Origin: Candidatus Latescibacterota bacterium
GTDB taxonomy: Bacteria; Latescibacterota; UBA2968
Assembly (NCBI GenBank): GCA_965205975.1
Contig: OZ242195.1
Coordinates: 1,824,001-1,888,000 of the forward strand
Direction: 5' to 3'
DNA length: 64,000 bases
This document shows, piece by piece, positions 29,175-39,186 of this stretch. The position numbers were made by a program, and so were the translations under genes. Within the stretch, counting starts at the first letter, position 1, and every line of letters starts with the position of its first letter. Under the pieces are notes generated by a model that was not told the DNA's origin, ran no database searches, and saw nothing but the letters and a program-made list of their open reading frames with translations.

Positions 29175-30137
29175 ATGAGTTCTGATACATTTCGCGGGGT
29201 ATTTACCATACCCTCAACACCGTTTAAGCAAAATGGAGATGTCGATTGGAGTGACCTCAAGCGCGTGCTGGATTTTTGTATCACCTGTGGCGCACACGGA
29301 ATTGTCTGGCCCGTAAATGCCAGTAGTTTTCCCGTATTGACTGACCGGGAACGCCTGCACGGAATGCAGATGGTCGTAGAACACACCGCCGGACGCATTC
29401 CTGTAATTCTCGGCGTTCAGGGGGCGAGTGGTAATCACGCGGCAATGTTCGCACGCCACGCTCAGGCATTGGAGGCCGATGGCGTCATAGCAATGGCCCC
29501 TTATATAGAGCCAATTGAAGACGAAGATGCGATGGTACACTATTATCAAGCAATAGACCGCGAAGTGGATATGCCAATTTTTATACAAAATCACATGCGG
29601 GGCAGCGAGTTGTCAATCAATACAGTGGTGCGCTTGATCAGCGAAGTAGAACACATAGAATACGTTAAGGAAGAGGTCTTCCCCCCAACGCACATGATTA
29701 CGGGCTTAATCGAACAGGCCGGGCCAAAATTAAAAGGCGTATTTGGCGGAGCCAGCGGTCGCTATTTACTGCTCGAACATCCGCGCGGTGTGGCCGGACA
29801 AATGCCGGGCTGTCACATAACAGATGTTGTGGTGCGCCTGTGGAATGCTCTGGAAGCTGGAGACTTGAAAGAGGCAAAACGGGTATACGGCATCATGGCT
29901 CCCCTATTTGCGCTCGAGACAGTAAAAGGTACGAATTATCCCGAAATACTGCGCCGACGCCAGGTCATCAAAAGTTCGCACAGCCGTTTGACAACCCGCT
30001 TCCCAACTCAAGATGCGTACGATCACGCGGCCCTCGACGATATTTTGCGGGATATAGAACCGCTATTTACCTGGAACGAAAAGCCATTGCTATACGGCCC
30101 TCCCGAATGGCTCAAGCACAATGATCGAGTAAAATAA
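29175..30137 (+). CDS. Dihydrodipicolinate synthase/N-acetylneuraminate lyase family aldolase
   Basis: FRGVF..PSTPF, GRIPVILG, ADGVIAMAP, IEYVKEE (Schiff-base Lys). Confidence 0.85.
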   Translation: MSSDTFRGVFTIPSTPFKQNGDVDWSDLKRVLDFCITCGAHGIVWPVNASSFPVLTDRERLHGMQMVVEHTAGRIPVILGVQGASGNHAAMFARHAQALEADGVIAMAPYIEPIEDEDAMVHYYQAIDREVDMPIFIQNHMRGSELSINTVVRLISEVEHIEYVKEEVFPPTHMITGLIEQAGPKLKGVFGGASGRYLLLEHPRGVAGQMPGCHITDVVVRLWNALEAGDLKEAKRVYGIMAPLFALETVKGTNYPEILRRRQVIKSSHSRLTTRFPTQDAYDHAALDDILRDIEPLFTWNEKPLLYGPPEWLKHNDRVK

Positions 30138-30161
30138 AAGACTTATAAAAAGGAGCAAAAA

Positions 30162-31511
30162 ATGTCGAACTCCCGTCCGAATGTCCTCTGGCTTTTTCTC
30201 GAAGATGTGAACCCGTGGATGAGTTGTTACGGCGACCAGACCATACAAACACCGAATATAGACGCGCTCGCCGCTTCGGGCATAAAATTTGATCGGGCGT
30301 ATCAAACCTCGGGCGTATGCTCGCCTTCTCGCTCGGCAACAATTACCGGGATGTATCAAACCACCATAGGCGCGCACAACCACAACAGCTCATACCCCCT
30401 TTTACCCGAAGGGATAAAGACAATACCCGAGTATTTTCGAGATGCCGGATATTACACATTTAACGAAGGCAAAACGCATTATAACTTTGTCTTTGAGTTA
30501 GATGCTTTATTTAATCACCATGGGAGCATGGATTTCAAAGGGGCAAAAGATGGAAGCGACTGGTCGGGCTGTCCCCCTGACCAACCGTTCTTCGGACAAA
30601 TTCAGCTTCGGGGTGGCAAAAGCATTGGATTGCTCAAAGGACCGGGCATTGATCCCGCCTCGGTACCCGTGCCATCGTTTTATCCCGACCACGAAATCAT
30701 CCGCAGAGAAATTGCCCTGCACTACGACTGTATCCTGCACACAGACCGACAAGTGGGATGGATTCTGGAGCGATTAGAAGAAGATGGATTGCGCGAAAAT
30801 ACGATCATTTTTTTCTTTAGCGATCACGGGATGCGGTTGCCGCGACACAAGCAATTTATTTATGAAGGTGGTCACAAAATTCCATTGATAATTTCATGGC
30901 AGGGCAATACAGATATCGTAAAACCCGGAAGCGTGCGTCCCGACCTCGTCAGCGGCATTGACATCGGTCCCACCTCTCTCGCGCTCGCTGGCCTCGGTGT
31001 GCCCGATTACATGGAAGGTCAAAATCTGTTTGGCGAACGTTTCGTCGAGCGCGACTACGTGATTGCGGCAAAAGACCGCTGTGATTTCACAATAGATCGC
31101 ATGCGCACGGTGCGGACCCAACGATATCGCTATGTGCGGAACTTTATGACAGATCGCCCTTTTATGCAGGCGCAATACCGCGATGGATCGGATTATATGG
31201 AACTGATTCGGACCATGAACGCCAACGGTGAACTGACGCCCGAACAGGCATTTTTCTGGGCAGAAGAACGCATCGCAGAAGAATTTTACGATTGTGACGC
31301 CGATCCCGAAGAGGTGAACAATCTCGTAGATGATCCAGACCATGCCGAAGCCTTGCAACACCACCGCGATATTCTGACACAGTGGATTGCCCAGACCGAT
31401 GACCAGGGCCAATATCCCGAACCCGCAATCGGCTTGCGATGGGTGCTGAAACAGTGGGGAGAACAGTGTGTAAATCCGGAATATGATAAAATAAAAAAGG
31501 AGACACAATGA
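30162..31511 (+). CDS. Sulfatase (formylglycine-dependent, Cys-type)
   Basis: [26 protein letters not shown]. Confidence 0.93.
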   Translation: MSNSRPNVLWLFLEDVNPWMSCYGDQTIQTPNIDALAASGIKFDRAYQTSGVCSPSRSATITGMYQTTIGAHNHNSSYPLLPEGIKTIPEYFRDAGYYTFNEGKTHYNFVFELDALFNHHGSMDFKGAKDGSDWSGCPPDQPFFGQIQLRGGKSIGLLKGPGIDPASVPVPSFYPDHEIIRREIALHYDCILHTDRQVGWILERLEEDGLRENTIIFFFSDHGMRLPRHKQFIYEGGHKIPLIISWQGNTDIVKPGSVRPDLVSGIDIGPTSLALAGLGVPDYMEGQNLFGERFVERDYVIAAKDRCDFTIDRMRTVRTQRYRYVRNFMTDRPFMQAQYRDGSDYMELIRTMNANGELTPEQAFFWAEERIAEEFYDCDADPEEVNNLVDDPDHAEALQHHRDILTQWIAQTDDQGQYPEPAIGLRWVLKQWGEQCVNPEYDKIKKETQ

Positions 31512-33211
31512 CCAGACCAAATATTCTCGTGATCTTGACCGACGATCAGGGGTGGGGCGATTTGAGTGTACACGGCAACACCAATCTCAACACGCCCAAT
31601 GTGGATTCTCTCGCACGGGATGGCGCGCTATTCGACCGGTTTTACGTCTGCCCGGTATGCGCGCCCACGCGGGCAGAGTTTTTGACGGGGCGCTACCATC
31701 TGCGCGGCGGAGTCCACGGCGTGAGCACGGGCGCCGAGCGACTGAACCTCGATGAGACCACCATTGCCGATGTCTTCAAAGCCGCTGGATACGCCACGGG
31801 AGCTTATGGCAAGTGGCACAATGGCACGCAACATCCCTATCACCCCAATGCGCGGGGATTTGACGAGTTTTTTGGGTTCTGTTCCGGACACTGGGGACAA
31901 TATTTCGATGCCGAACTCGAACACAATGGCGAACTCACCCGTGGAACGGGATATTTGCCCGATGAGTGTACAGACCGCGCGATGGATTTTATGGCGGCAA
32001 ATGTTGAACGAGATCAACCGTTCTTCTGTTATCTCCCCTACAATATCCCACACACCCCATTTCAGGTACCCGACGAGTTTTACGAGCCTTTCCGCGACAA
32101 ACCGATTGAGATGCGGGCGACCAACCCCGACCAGGAAGAAATAGTGCGCACGCGGGCGGCACTGGCTCTCTGTGAAAACATCGATTGGAACGTGGGACGC
32201 TTACTGGACAAACTCGACGAGTTGAGAATCGCGGAAGACACCATTGTATTTTATTTTGGAGACAATGGGCCCAATGGCGCGCGCTGGAATGGCGGGATGA
32301 AAGGCACAAAAGGATCAACAGATGAAGGCGGCGTGCGCGTGGCGGGCTTGATGCGCTGGAAGGGGCATATTCAAGCGGGTACAGTCATTGAAGAAATCGC
32401 CGGAGCAATTGATCTATTGCCCACATTTGCAGACCTTGCGGGTATCGACCTGAAAGTTGAAAAACCCCTGGATGGCCGCAGCCTCAAACCCCTGCTATTG
32501 GGCGAAGATGTCGAATGGTCTGACCGCATCATTCTATCACACCAGCGGGCACAATTGAGCGCGCGCAATCAGCGCTTCCGATTGGACATAGAGGGCAAGT
32601 TATACGATATGGTCGCCGACGGTGGACAGACAACCGATGTGTCAAAAGAACACCCCGATGTCCACGCGGAATTGTCAGATGCCGTAGCAAAATATCACGC
32701 TGAAGTCTTGCCCGTCAACGACGACCGTCCCTTTGCCACGGGCTACTGGAAAACGACCCGCTTGCCCGCGCGAGACGGAGTGCATCACGGCACAGTCCAG
32801 CGCAGTGCAGGTGCGCCCAACTGTTCTTATTTCACGCACTGGACCCAGGTAGGCGATCGGATGACCTGGGATATTGAAGTCGGCACAACGGGCGACTATG
32901 AAGCAGCGATTTATTATACATGCCCGGAAGAAGATGTGGGATCAACCGTCGAACTGGCATTTCATCCCACGCATGGCCAGGCAACAAAAGTGCAAGGACA
33001 GGTGACCGACGCACACGACCCACCACAAATCGGCGCAGCAGATGACCGCTATCCTCGCGGAGGCGAGTCCTATGTGAAGGATTTCGAGCCATTGACATTG
33101 GGAACAATTCATCTAAACGAGGGCAGAGGAACCTTGACCTTGCACGCCCTTGACGTACCCCATTCACAGGTGATGGACGTGCGACGCGTGATGCTGACGT
33201 TGAAGGAATGA
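31508..33211 (+). CDS. Arylsulfatase-family sulfatase with C-terminal beta-sandwich domain
   Basis: [39 protein letters not shown]. Confidence 0.93.
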   Translation: MTRPNILVILTDDQGWGDLSVHGNTNLNTPNVDSLARDGALFDRFYVCPVCAPTRAEFLTGRYHLRGGVHGVSTGAERLNLDETTIADVFKAAGYATGAYGKWHNGTQHPYHPNARGFDEFFGFCSGHWGQYFDAELEHNGELTRGTGYLPDECTDRAMDFMAANVERDQPFFCYLPYNIPHTPFQVPDEFYEPFRDKPIEMRATNPDQEEIVRTRAALALCENIDWNVGRLLDKLDELRIAEDTIVFYFGDNGPNGARWNGGMKGTKGSTDEGGVRVAGLMRWKGHIQAGTVIEEIAGAIDLLPTFADLAGIDLKVEKPLDGRSLKPLLLGEDVEWSDRIILSHQRAQLSARNQRFRLDIEGKLYDMVADGGQTTDVSKEHPDVHAELSDAVAKYHAEVLPVNDDRPFATGYWKTTRLPARDGVHHGTVQRSAGAPNCSYFTHWTQVGDRMTWDIEVGTTGDYEAAIYYTCPEEDVGSTVELAFHPTHGQATKVQGQVTDAHDPPQIGAADDRYPRGGESYVKDFEPLTLGTIHLNEGRGTLTLHALDVPHSQVMDVRRVMLTLKE

Positions 33212-33310
33212 GGATCCGCAGATTACGCAGATGGGCGCAGATGAAGGCGGATCAGGATTTTCAGGATGGGAGGATGAACAGGATGAAAGGCGGGAGATGT
33301 CCGCAGATGG
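33212..33310 (+). repeat. CGCAGAT repeat cluster plus 9-bp-period AGGAT repeats at the left edge of the defence island
   Basis: ggatccgcagattacgcagatgggcgcagatgaa; caggattttcaggatgggaggatgaacaggatgaaagg; tccgcagatgg. Confidence 0.8.
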
Positions 33311-33498
33311 CGGAGAAAAAACGCGAGTGAGTGGTTTACTACTGCGACAGCAGTTCATTTGAACAGAACGCCAATTTGCGGCTAAATGAAGAATTTCCCT
33401 TGACAGACAGAGTGAAATCTTTTTCTTTATTCTGCGAGAAAGTCTTTCATGTAATATTTTTACTCAGACCAGCAACTCTTATATTTATACCAGTTATT

Positions 33499-34083
33499 AT
33501 GAAATATAAACTCAAAGACATCGCCCTCGTTCAGATGGGTCTCTCCTTCCGGGCCCGAATCGAACCGGATGCAGATGGAAATGTGGCAGTCATTCAGATG
33601 CGCGACCTAACCGAAGATAACAAGTTAGATCATAGCAATCTGACTACCATTAATATAAACGACATAAATGAACGCCATCTGGTCGAATGCAAAGATTTGG
33701 TTTTCCGCTCTCGAGGTAGAACGACTACTGCCGCAATCATCGACCAGGAACTAGGCCAAGCAGTTGTTGCAGCCCCGCTGTTTCTCATTCGGGCTATAAG
33801 CGAAAAAGTACTGCCAGAATATCTATACTGGTTTATCAACCTGCCCTCATCTCAGGCATTTCTGCACAGCAGGGCGACCGGAACGATGATGATTATGATA
33901 GGCAAATCGGCTCTCGATGCTTTGGAAATCCCTCTCCCCAATCTGGAAACTCAGAAGCAAATCGTCGCCCTCGCCGATTTGTTAAATAGGGAACAAAGGC
34001 TGATGAGAGAATTGACAGAGCAAAAGGAAAAACTGGTCAAAGCAATTCAGATGCGATTGGCAATAGAATCTGAAAAACCTTAA
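33499..34083 (+). CDS. hsdS: Half-size Type I R-M specificity subunit (single TRD)
   Basis: KLKDIA, YLYWFIN, LEIPLPNLETQKQIV; 194 aa, directly upstream of hsdM. Confidence 0.8.
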   Translation: MKYKLKDIALVQMGLSFRARIEPDADGNVAVIQMRDLTEDNKLDHSNLTTININDINERHLVECKDLVFRSRGRTTTAAIIDQELGQAVVAAPLFLIRAISEKVLPEYLYWFINLPSSQAFLHSRATGTMMIMIGKSALDALEIPLPNLETQKQIVALADLLNREQRLMRELTEQKEKLVKAIQMRLAIESEKP

Positions 34084-34105
34084 ATCAACAGGAGTAAAAC
34101 AAAAT

Positions 34106-35617
34106 ATGAATAATCAAATCCAACAAAAAGACATCAACAATGCTGCCTGGGCTGCCTGCGACACCTTTCGCGGCGTGATGGATGCCGCCGGATATAAGGA
34201 CTACATCCTCGTAATGCTGTTTCTAAAATACATTTCCGATGTCTGGCAAAACCACTACGCGGAATACAAAAAACGATACGGCGACAACGATGAACGCATC
34301 CGACGCAGGCTGCAGAATGAGCGTTTTGTATTGCCGGATGGCAGCAGCTTTTACAGCCTTTATGAACAGCGCTCTGCTGCCAATATCGGCGAACTCATCA
34401 ACATCGCACTGGAGGCGATTGAAACGGAAAACAAACAGAAATTGGAAGGCGTTTTCCGCAATATAGATTTCAACAGCGAGACAAATCTCGGCAGAACCAG
34501 AGACCGCAACCGTCGCCTGAAAACACTGCTGGAAGATTTCAACAAACCCGAATTAAATATGAGTCCCAGACGGGTTTCAGAGGACGTGATTGGCAACACG
34601 TACATCTATTTGATTGAACGTTTCGCATCTGACGCGGGCAAAAAAGCCGGTGAATTCTACACGCCGCATAAGGTATCCGAACTGGTGGCAAAACTGTGCG
34701 CGCCCAAACCCGGTGCCCGCATCTGTGATCCGGCCTGTGGGTCTGCGGGTCTTCTCATTGAAGCCGCGCGCGTGGTAGGCGACAAAAACTACGCCCTTTA
34801 CGGAATGGAAGTGAACGGCAGCACCTGGGCATTGGCGCGTATGAATATGTTTCTACACGGAGCCGACGCAGCCCGCATCGAATGGTGCAATACACTCACT
34901 GCCCCCGCACTGGTAGAATCCGACCGACTGATGAAATTCAGCAATGTGGTCGCCAATCCCCCATTTTCACTCAATAAGTGGGGCGCGGAAGACGCCGAGG
35001 CAGACATATACAACCGCTTCTGGCGCAGTTTGCCTCCCAAATCCAAGGGCGACTATGCGTTTATCAGCCACATGGTAGAAACAGCTTTGGAAAAACAGGG
35101 ACGGGTTGCTGTGGTAGTCCCACACGGCGTTTTGTTCAGGGGCGGTGCAGAAGGACGCATTCGCCAGCAACTCATCGAAGAAAACTTGCTCGACGCCGTT
35201 ATTGGCTTGCCGGGCAATCTATTCCCCACGACTTCAATACCAGTCGCCATTCTGGTCTTTGACCGCTCGCGCGAACAAGGGGGGGCGAATGAGAACTGCA
35301 AAGATGTCTTGTTTATTGATGCAAGCCGGGAATATCAGGCAGGCAAGAATCAAAATGCATTGCTGGACGAACATATTGAGAAAATCACTACCACTTATAA
35401 AAAACGCCATGATATGGACAAATACGCCCACCTCGCCACCTTTGAAGAAATTGAAGAAAATGACTTCAATTTGAACATTCCGCGTTATGTAGATACCTTT
35501 GAAGAAGAAGAGGAGATTGATATTGATGCGGTGCAACTTGAGATAGACCGGCTGGAAGAGGAGTTGAGCGTGGTGCGAGGAGAGATGGGGAGATTGATGC
35601 AAGGTATCCGCAGATGA
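34106..35617 (+). CDS. hsdM: Type I R-M methyltransferase subunit (N6-adenine)
   Basis: AGEFYTP, DPACGSAG, ANPPF, PHGVLFRG, FNLNIPRYV. Confidence 0.97.
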   Translation: MNNQIQQKDINNAAWAACDTFRGVMDAAGYKDYILVMLFLKYISDVWQNHYAEYKKRYGDNDERIRRRLQNERFVLPDGSSFYSLYEQRSAANIGELINIALEAIETENKQKLEGVFRNIDFNSETNLGRTRDRNRRLKTLLEDFNKPELNMSPRRVSEDVIGNTYIYLIERFASDAGKKAGEFYTPHKVSELVAKLCAPKPGARICDPACGSAGLLIEAARVVGDKNYALYGMEVNGSTWALARMNMFLHGADAARIEWCNTLTAPALVESDRLMKFSNVVANPPFSLNKWGAEDAEADIYNRFWRSLPPKSKGDYAFISHMVETALEKQGRVAVVVPHGVLFRGGAEGRIRQQLIEENLLDAVIGLPGNLFPTTSIPVAILVFDRSREQGGANENCKDVLFIDASREYQAGKNQNALLDEHIEKITTTYKKRHDMDKYAHLATFEEIEENDFNLNIPRYVDTFEEEEEIDIDAVQLEIDRLEEELSVVRGEMGRLMQGIRR

Positions 35618-35740
35618 ACGCAGATAGGCGCAGATGATTTGAAAGCGGTAAGTTAGAGGAGGAGTCAGTTATTTCCATTTTGGAAACAACTGCCCAAGAT
35701 GGCAAAATCAAAAGGGATCCGCAGATGAAAGGACAAAAAC
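35603..35740 (+). repeat. Two CGCAGAT repeat units bracketing a RhuM-like gene fragment
   Basis: ggtatccgcagatgaacgcagataggcgcagatga (35603-35637) and ggatccgcagatgaaaggaca (35715-35735); the sequence between them translates FESGKLEEESVISILETTAQDGK. Confidence 0.75.
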
Positions 35741-36802
35741 ATGAGCAAGAAATCCTCAAAAGATTTGACGATCCGCAGCAGCACAGCGGAATTTCTGATC
35801 TTCACCCGTCAATCTGGCGAAGGTGGCATTGAGGTTCGCTATGAGGATGAGACCATCTGGCTGACGCAGAAGCTGATGGCGGAGTTGTTTGAAGTTACCA
35901 CCCCAACGATTAACGAACATCTGAAAAACATCTTTGACTCCAGCGAATTACAGCGCGATTCAGTTATTCGGAAATTCCGAACAACTGCCGCCGATGGAAA
36001 AAACTACAATACCCAGTTTTACAATCTGGACGCCATCATCTCGGTCGGTTATCGGGTAAACTCCAGGCGCGCCACGCAATTTCGCCAATGGGCAACCCAG
36101 GTCTTGCGCGATTTTGCGATCAAAGGCTATGTTCTGGATAAGCAACGGTTGGAAAATGGCGCGTTTCTCGGCGAGGATTATTTTGAGCGGTTGTTGGAAG
36201 AAATCCGCGAGATTCGTCTAAGCGAACGGCGGTTTTACCAAAAGATCACCGATATTTACGCCACCAGCATGGATTATAACAGGGATGCGCCGACCACCCG
36301 CGAGTTTTTCGCCAGAGTGCAAAACAAACTGCATTATGCTATTCACGGCCATACCGCAGCGGAATTGATCCGACAGCGGGCAGATCAAAAAAAGAAAAAC
36401 ATGGGATTGACCAGTTGGGAAAACAGTCCCAGAGGCAAAATCCTGAAGTCTGATGTGTCTGTTGCAAAGAACTACCTGTCGAAAGAAGAACTGGAATCTC
36501 TCGGGCGTATCGTCAACGCCTATATTGACCTCGCCGAAGACCGGGCACAGCGCAAGATTCCCATGACAATGGAGGACTGGGCAAAACGGCTCGATATATT
36601 TCTCGAGGCTTTTGACCGGCAGATATTGAAAGACAGCGGACAAGTCAGTGCCGAGATTGCCAGAGCCCATGCCGAAAGCGAGTTTGAGAAATACCGAATT
36701 GTTCAGGATCGTTTGTTTGAATCTGATTTTGATAGAGAAACTAAAGAATTAGAACGACAACTGGGTCGGAAAGACGAGGGTTCTGCGAATATCTGCGGAT
36801 AA
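35741..36802 (+). CDS. rhuM: RhuM-family protein
   Basis: ETIWLTQKLMAELF, YNLDAIISVGYRVNS, ATQFRQWA, IREIRLSERRFYQKITDIYA, HGHTAAELI, VAKNYL. Confidence 0.92.
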   Translation: MSKKSSKDLTIRSSTAEFLIFTRQSGEGGIEVRYEDETIWLTQKLMAELFEVTTPTINEHLKNIFDSSELQRDSVIRKFRTTAADGKNYNTQFYNLDAIISVGYRVNSRRATQFRQWATQVLRDFAIKGYVLDKQRLENGAFLGEDYFERLLEEIREIRLSERRFYQKITDIYATSMDYNRDAPTTREFFARVQNKLHYAIHGHTAAELIRQRADQKKKNMGLTSWENSPRGKILKSDVSVAKNYLSKEELESLGRIVNAYIDLAEDRAQRKIPMTMEDWAKRLDIFLEAFDRQILKDSGQVSAEIARAHAESEFEKYRIVQDRLFESDFDRETKELERQLGRKDEGSANICG

Positions 36803-36853
36803 TATTGGACAAGCAAAACCTATTGGCAAAATTACAAGGAGACCGACCCTACG

Positions 36854-37228
36854 ATGAGACAGATGAGAAATTATCGCGATTATTTGATCGAAAAACTTTC
36901 TGACCGCGAGAGAGCCATCTCCTACCTTCAAACGGCATTGGAAGAGCATGAAAAAGATCCGGATAGTGCCGCGTTTTATTACGGATTCAGTGCGGCTGTT
37001 GAAGCCCAAGGCGGTGCGCGAAAATTTGCCCGAAAGACGCATAGCGATCCTCAAGATGTGGTGAATGCCCTGTCAAATAAGGACGAGACGCTGATTGCGA
37101 ACATCATCGCCCAACTGCCCGCGACGCAATGCGAGATTTCTGAAACAGAGAAATTGCAGGCGGTCAAGATAAAGCAGGAGGGCAAAATCAAAAGGTATCC
37201 ACAGATGGACGCAGATAGACGCAGATGA
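36854..37228 (+). CDS. Orphan addiction-module antidote-like HTH protein, C-terminus extended into the repeat
   Basis: YRDYLIEKLSD...YLQTALEE...AVEAQGG resembles HI1420-type antitoxins; ends in repeat-encoded YPQMDADRRR. Confidence 0.6.
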   Translation: MRQMRNYRDYLIEKLSDRERAISYLQTALEEHEKDPDSAAFYYGFSAAVEAQGGARKFARKTHSDPQDVVNALSNKDETLIANIIAQLPATQCEISETEKLQAVKIKQEGKIKRYPQMDADRRR

Positions 37229-37290
37229 AATGTAGGGGCAGTGCCTTGTGCCTGCCCGTTAGATGAATCCGCAGATGAAAGGACAGAGAT
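37181..37290 (+). repeat. CGCAGAT triple repeat, GTAG REP-like hairpin and a further CGCAGAT unit
   Basis: ggcaaaatcaaaaggtatccacagatggacgcagatagacgcagatgaaa; gtaggggcagtgccttgtgcctgccc; atccgcagatgaaaggaca. Confidence 0.8.
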
Positions 37291-37800
37291 ATGGATAAAA
37301 GACTTTTAGACAATCCTACCGAAATGGTCTGTGAGAGCAGCATCTTATATGGTCGAGAAAAGAGGCTTACCTTCGAAGATATTATCACTGGGAATGCCCC
37401 TCACTATTCAGGGCAGATGGACAATATCCCGACCTTCATCACTCGCAAGCGCGGCGATGAGGCCATAGCCTATAACTACACCAATTTAGATCCGATGTAT
37501 GGGACTATAGTCTATGGGGGACCGAGCATGCGGAAAAAGATTTCGCACAAAATTTTGAGAATCAAACCAAATCCTCAACAGATCTATTGGAAGCCAACCC
37601 TGCAGATCGAAATTGACCCCAAGGCCGACACGTCAGATGATCGTGCGAATGAACTTGTGCAGTTGGTTCAATCTTGGGTGGACGAGGGAGATGCTGACGA
37701 ACAGCGAGAAACACTCGAATACCTCATTCACGCTTTGGATGAAGATCGGCCGTCCAACCGTAAACTCTTCCCAAAGGAACTGAAAGGAAAGAGTTGGTGA
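37291..37800 (+). CDS. Hypothetical protein, probable antitoxin partner of the downstream PIN protein
   Basis: Stop overlaps the PIN start (GTGA); acidic C-terminus LVQSWVDEGDADEQRETLEYL..ALDEDR. Confidence 0.55.
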   Translation: MDKRLLDNPTEMVCESSILYGREKRLTFEDIITGNAPHYSGQMDNIPTFITRKRGDEAIAYNYTNLDPMYGTIVYGGPSMRKKISHKILRIKPNPQQIYWKPTLQIEIDPKADTSDDRANELVQLVQSWVDEGDADEQRETLEYLIHALDEDRPSNRKLFPKELKGKSW

Positions 37801-38294
37801 GCCAGACCGTACTGCTCGATAGCGGCCCTCTTAGTATGATAACCCACCCAAAGAGTTCGGGAAAATCCATGCAGTTTAAAAACTGGTTTCAGCAGTTAGT
37901 AGCCAGCGGCGTGACAGTGATAGTACCAGAGATCACAGACTACGAGGTTCGACGCGAGTTGCTCAGAGCACGCAAAATCAGCAGTATTCAGCGACTTGAC
38001 GCGCTTATCACCAAGACCGAATACCTGGCGATCACAACCGAAGCCATGCGCCAGGCTGCAAAGTACTGGGCCAATGCTCGTCAGCAAGGTCAACAAACTG
38101 CAGATAATAAAGCACTTGATGTCGATATGATCCTGGCGGCGCAAGCGACAATGCTGAACCAGACTGACGTGGTTATCGCGACGACAAACGTAAAGCATCT
38201 GGCCCCATTCACTCAGGCGCTGCTCTGGTCCGATATTAGTCCGGAGATTCCGAGCAGTTCAAACGGAGATTTACAGAATGACAGTGAAAAATGA
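37797..38294 (+). CDS. PIN-domain (VapC-like) ribonuclease
   Basis: VLLDSGPL, ITDYEVRRELL, LDVDMILAAQA, IATTNVKHL. Confidence 0.85.
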   Translation: MSQTVLLDSGPLSMITHPKSSGKSMQFKNWFQQLVASGVTVIVPEITDYEVRRELLRARKISSIQRLDALITKTEYLAITTEAMRQAAKYWANARQQGQQTADNKALDVDMILAAQATMLNQTDVVIATTNVKHLAPFTQALLWSDISPEIPSSSNGDLQNDSEK

Positions 38295-39186
38295 ACTATT
38301 GCAGGATGGATGGCGGGAAGTGAAGTTGGAGGATGCTTGTGAAGTTATTGTCAGTCCAGTTGACAAAAAGACTGTTGATGGAGAATTGCCTGTCAGATTA
38401 TGCAATTACACAGATGTTTATTATAACAATACCATTGATTCTGAAATTGACTTTATGACTGCCACAGCCAAACCTCGAGAAATAGAAAAATTCTCGCTTT
38501 TTAAAGACGATGTAATCATTACTAAAGATTCTGAAACACCCGATGACATTGGTGTTCCTACCTATGTCAAAGAAACCATTGACAATCTGTTGTGCGGCTA
38601 TCATTTGACAATTCTTCGCCCAAAGAAACGGACGATAGGGAAATATGTTTGTTATGCCTTGACTTCTCAGAAAACAAAGTATGATTTTTATAGATTCGCT
38701 AATGGGATTACACGCTTTGGATTGACCTCTAAATCTTACAAAAAAATCAAAATCCTACTTCCACCCCTTCCCGAACAAAAAGCCATTGCGTCTTTGCTGG
38801 AAAAATGGGACACGGCCATTGAGAAAACTGAGGCACTGATAGAGGCAAAAGAGAAGCGGTTTAAATGGTTGCTGAAAACCCTCATCAGCGACCAGCAGGA
38901 TAATCCTGAATGGCAAAAGATGAAGTTAGGAGAGATTTGCACATTTGAATATGGTAAGCCGCTCAAAGAACAAGATAGAATCGGTTATCAATACCCTGTG
39001 TTTGGATCAAATGGAATTGTTGGTCGTCATAACGAGTATTTGGTAGCTGGTCCATTTATCGTGGTTGGGAGAAAAGGTTCGGCTGGTACAGTTTCATATT
39101 CAATGAGTAATGGCTTCCCTATTGATACAACATTCTACATAAATTTACAAAGTGGAGAGATTCACCTTCGGTTCTTATATTACTTA

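Noticed and set aside
33212..33310. CGCAGAT/AGGAT repeat clusters as a CRISPR array
   Set aside because: Units are 7-10 bp with 2-3 bp variable gaps; no 25-40 bp repeats with unique spacers and no cas genes.
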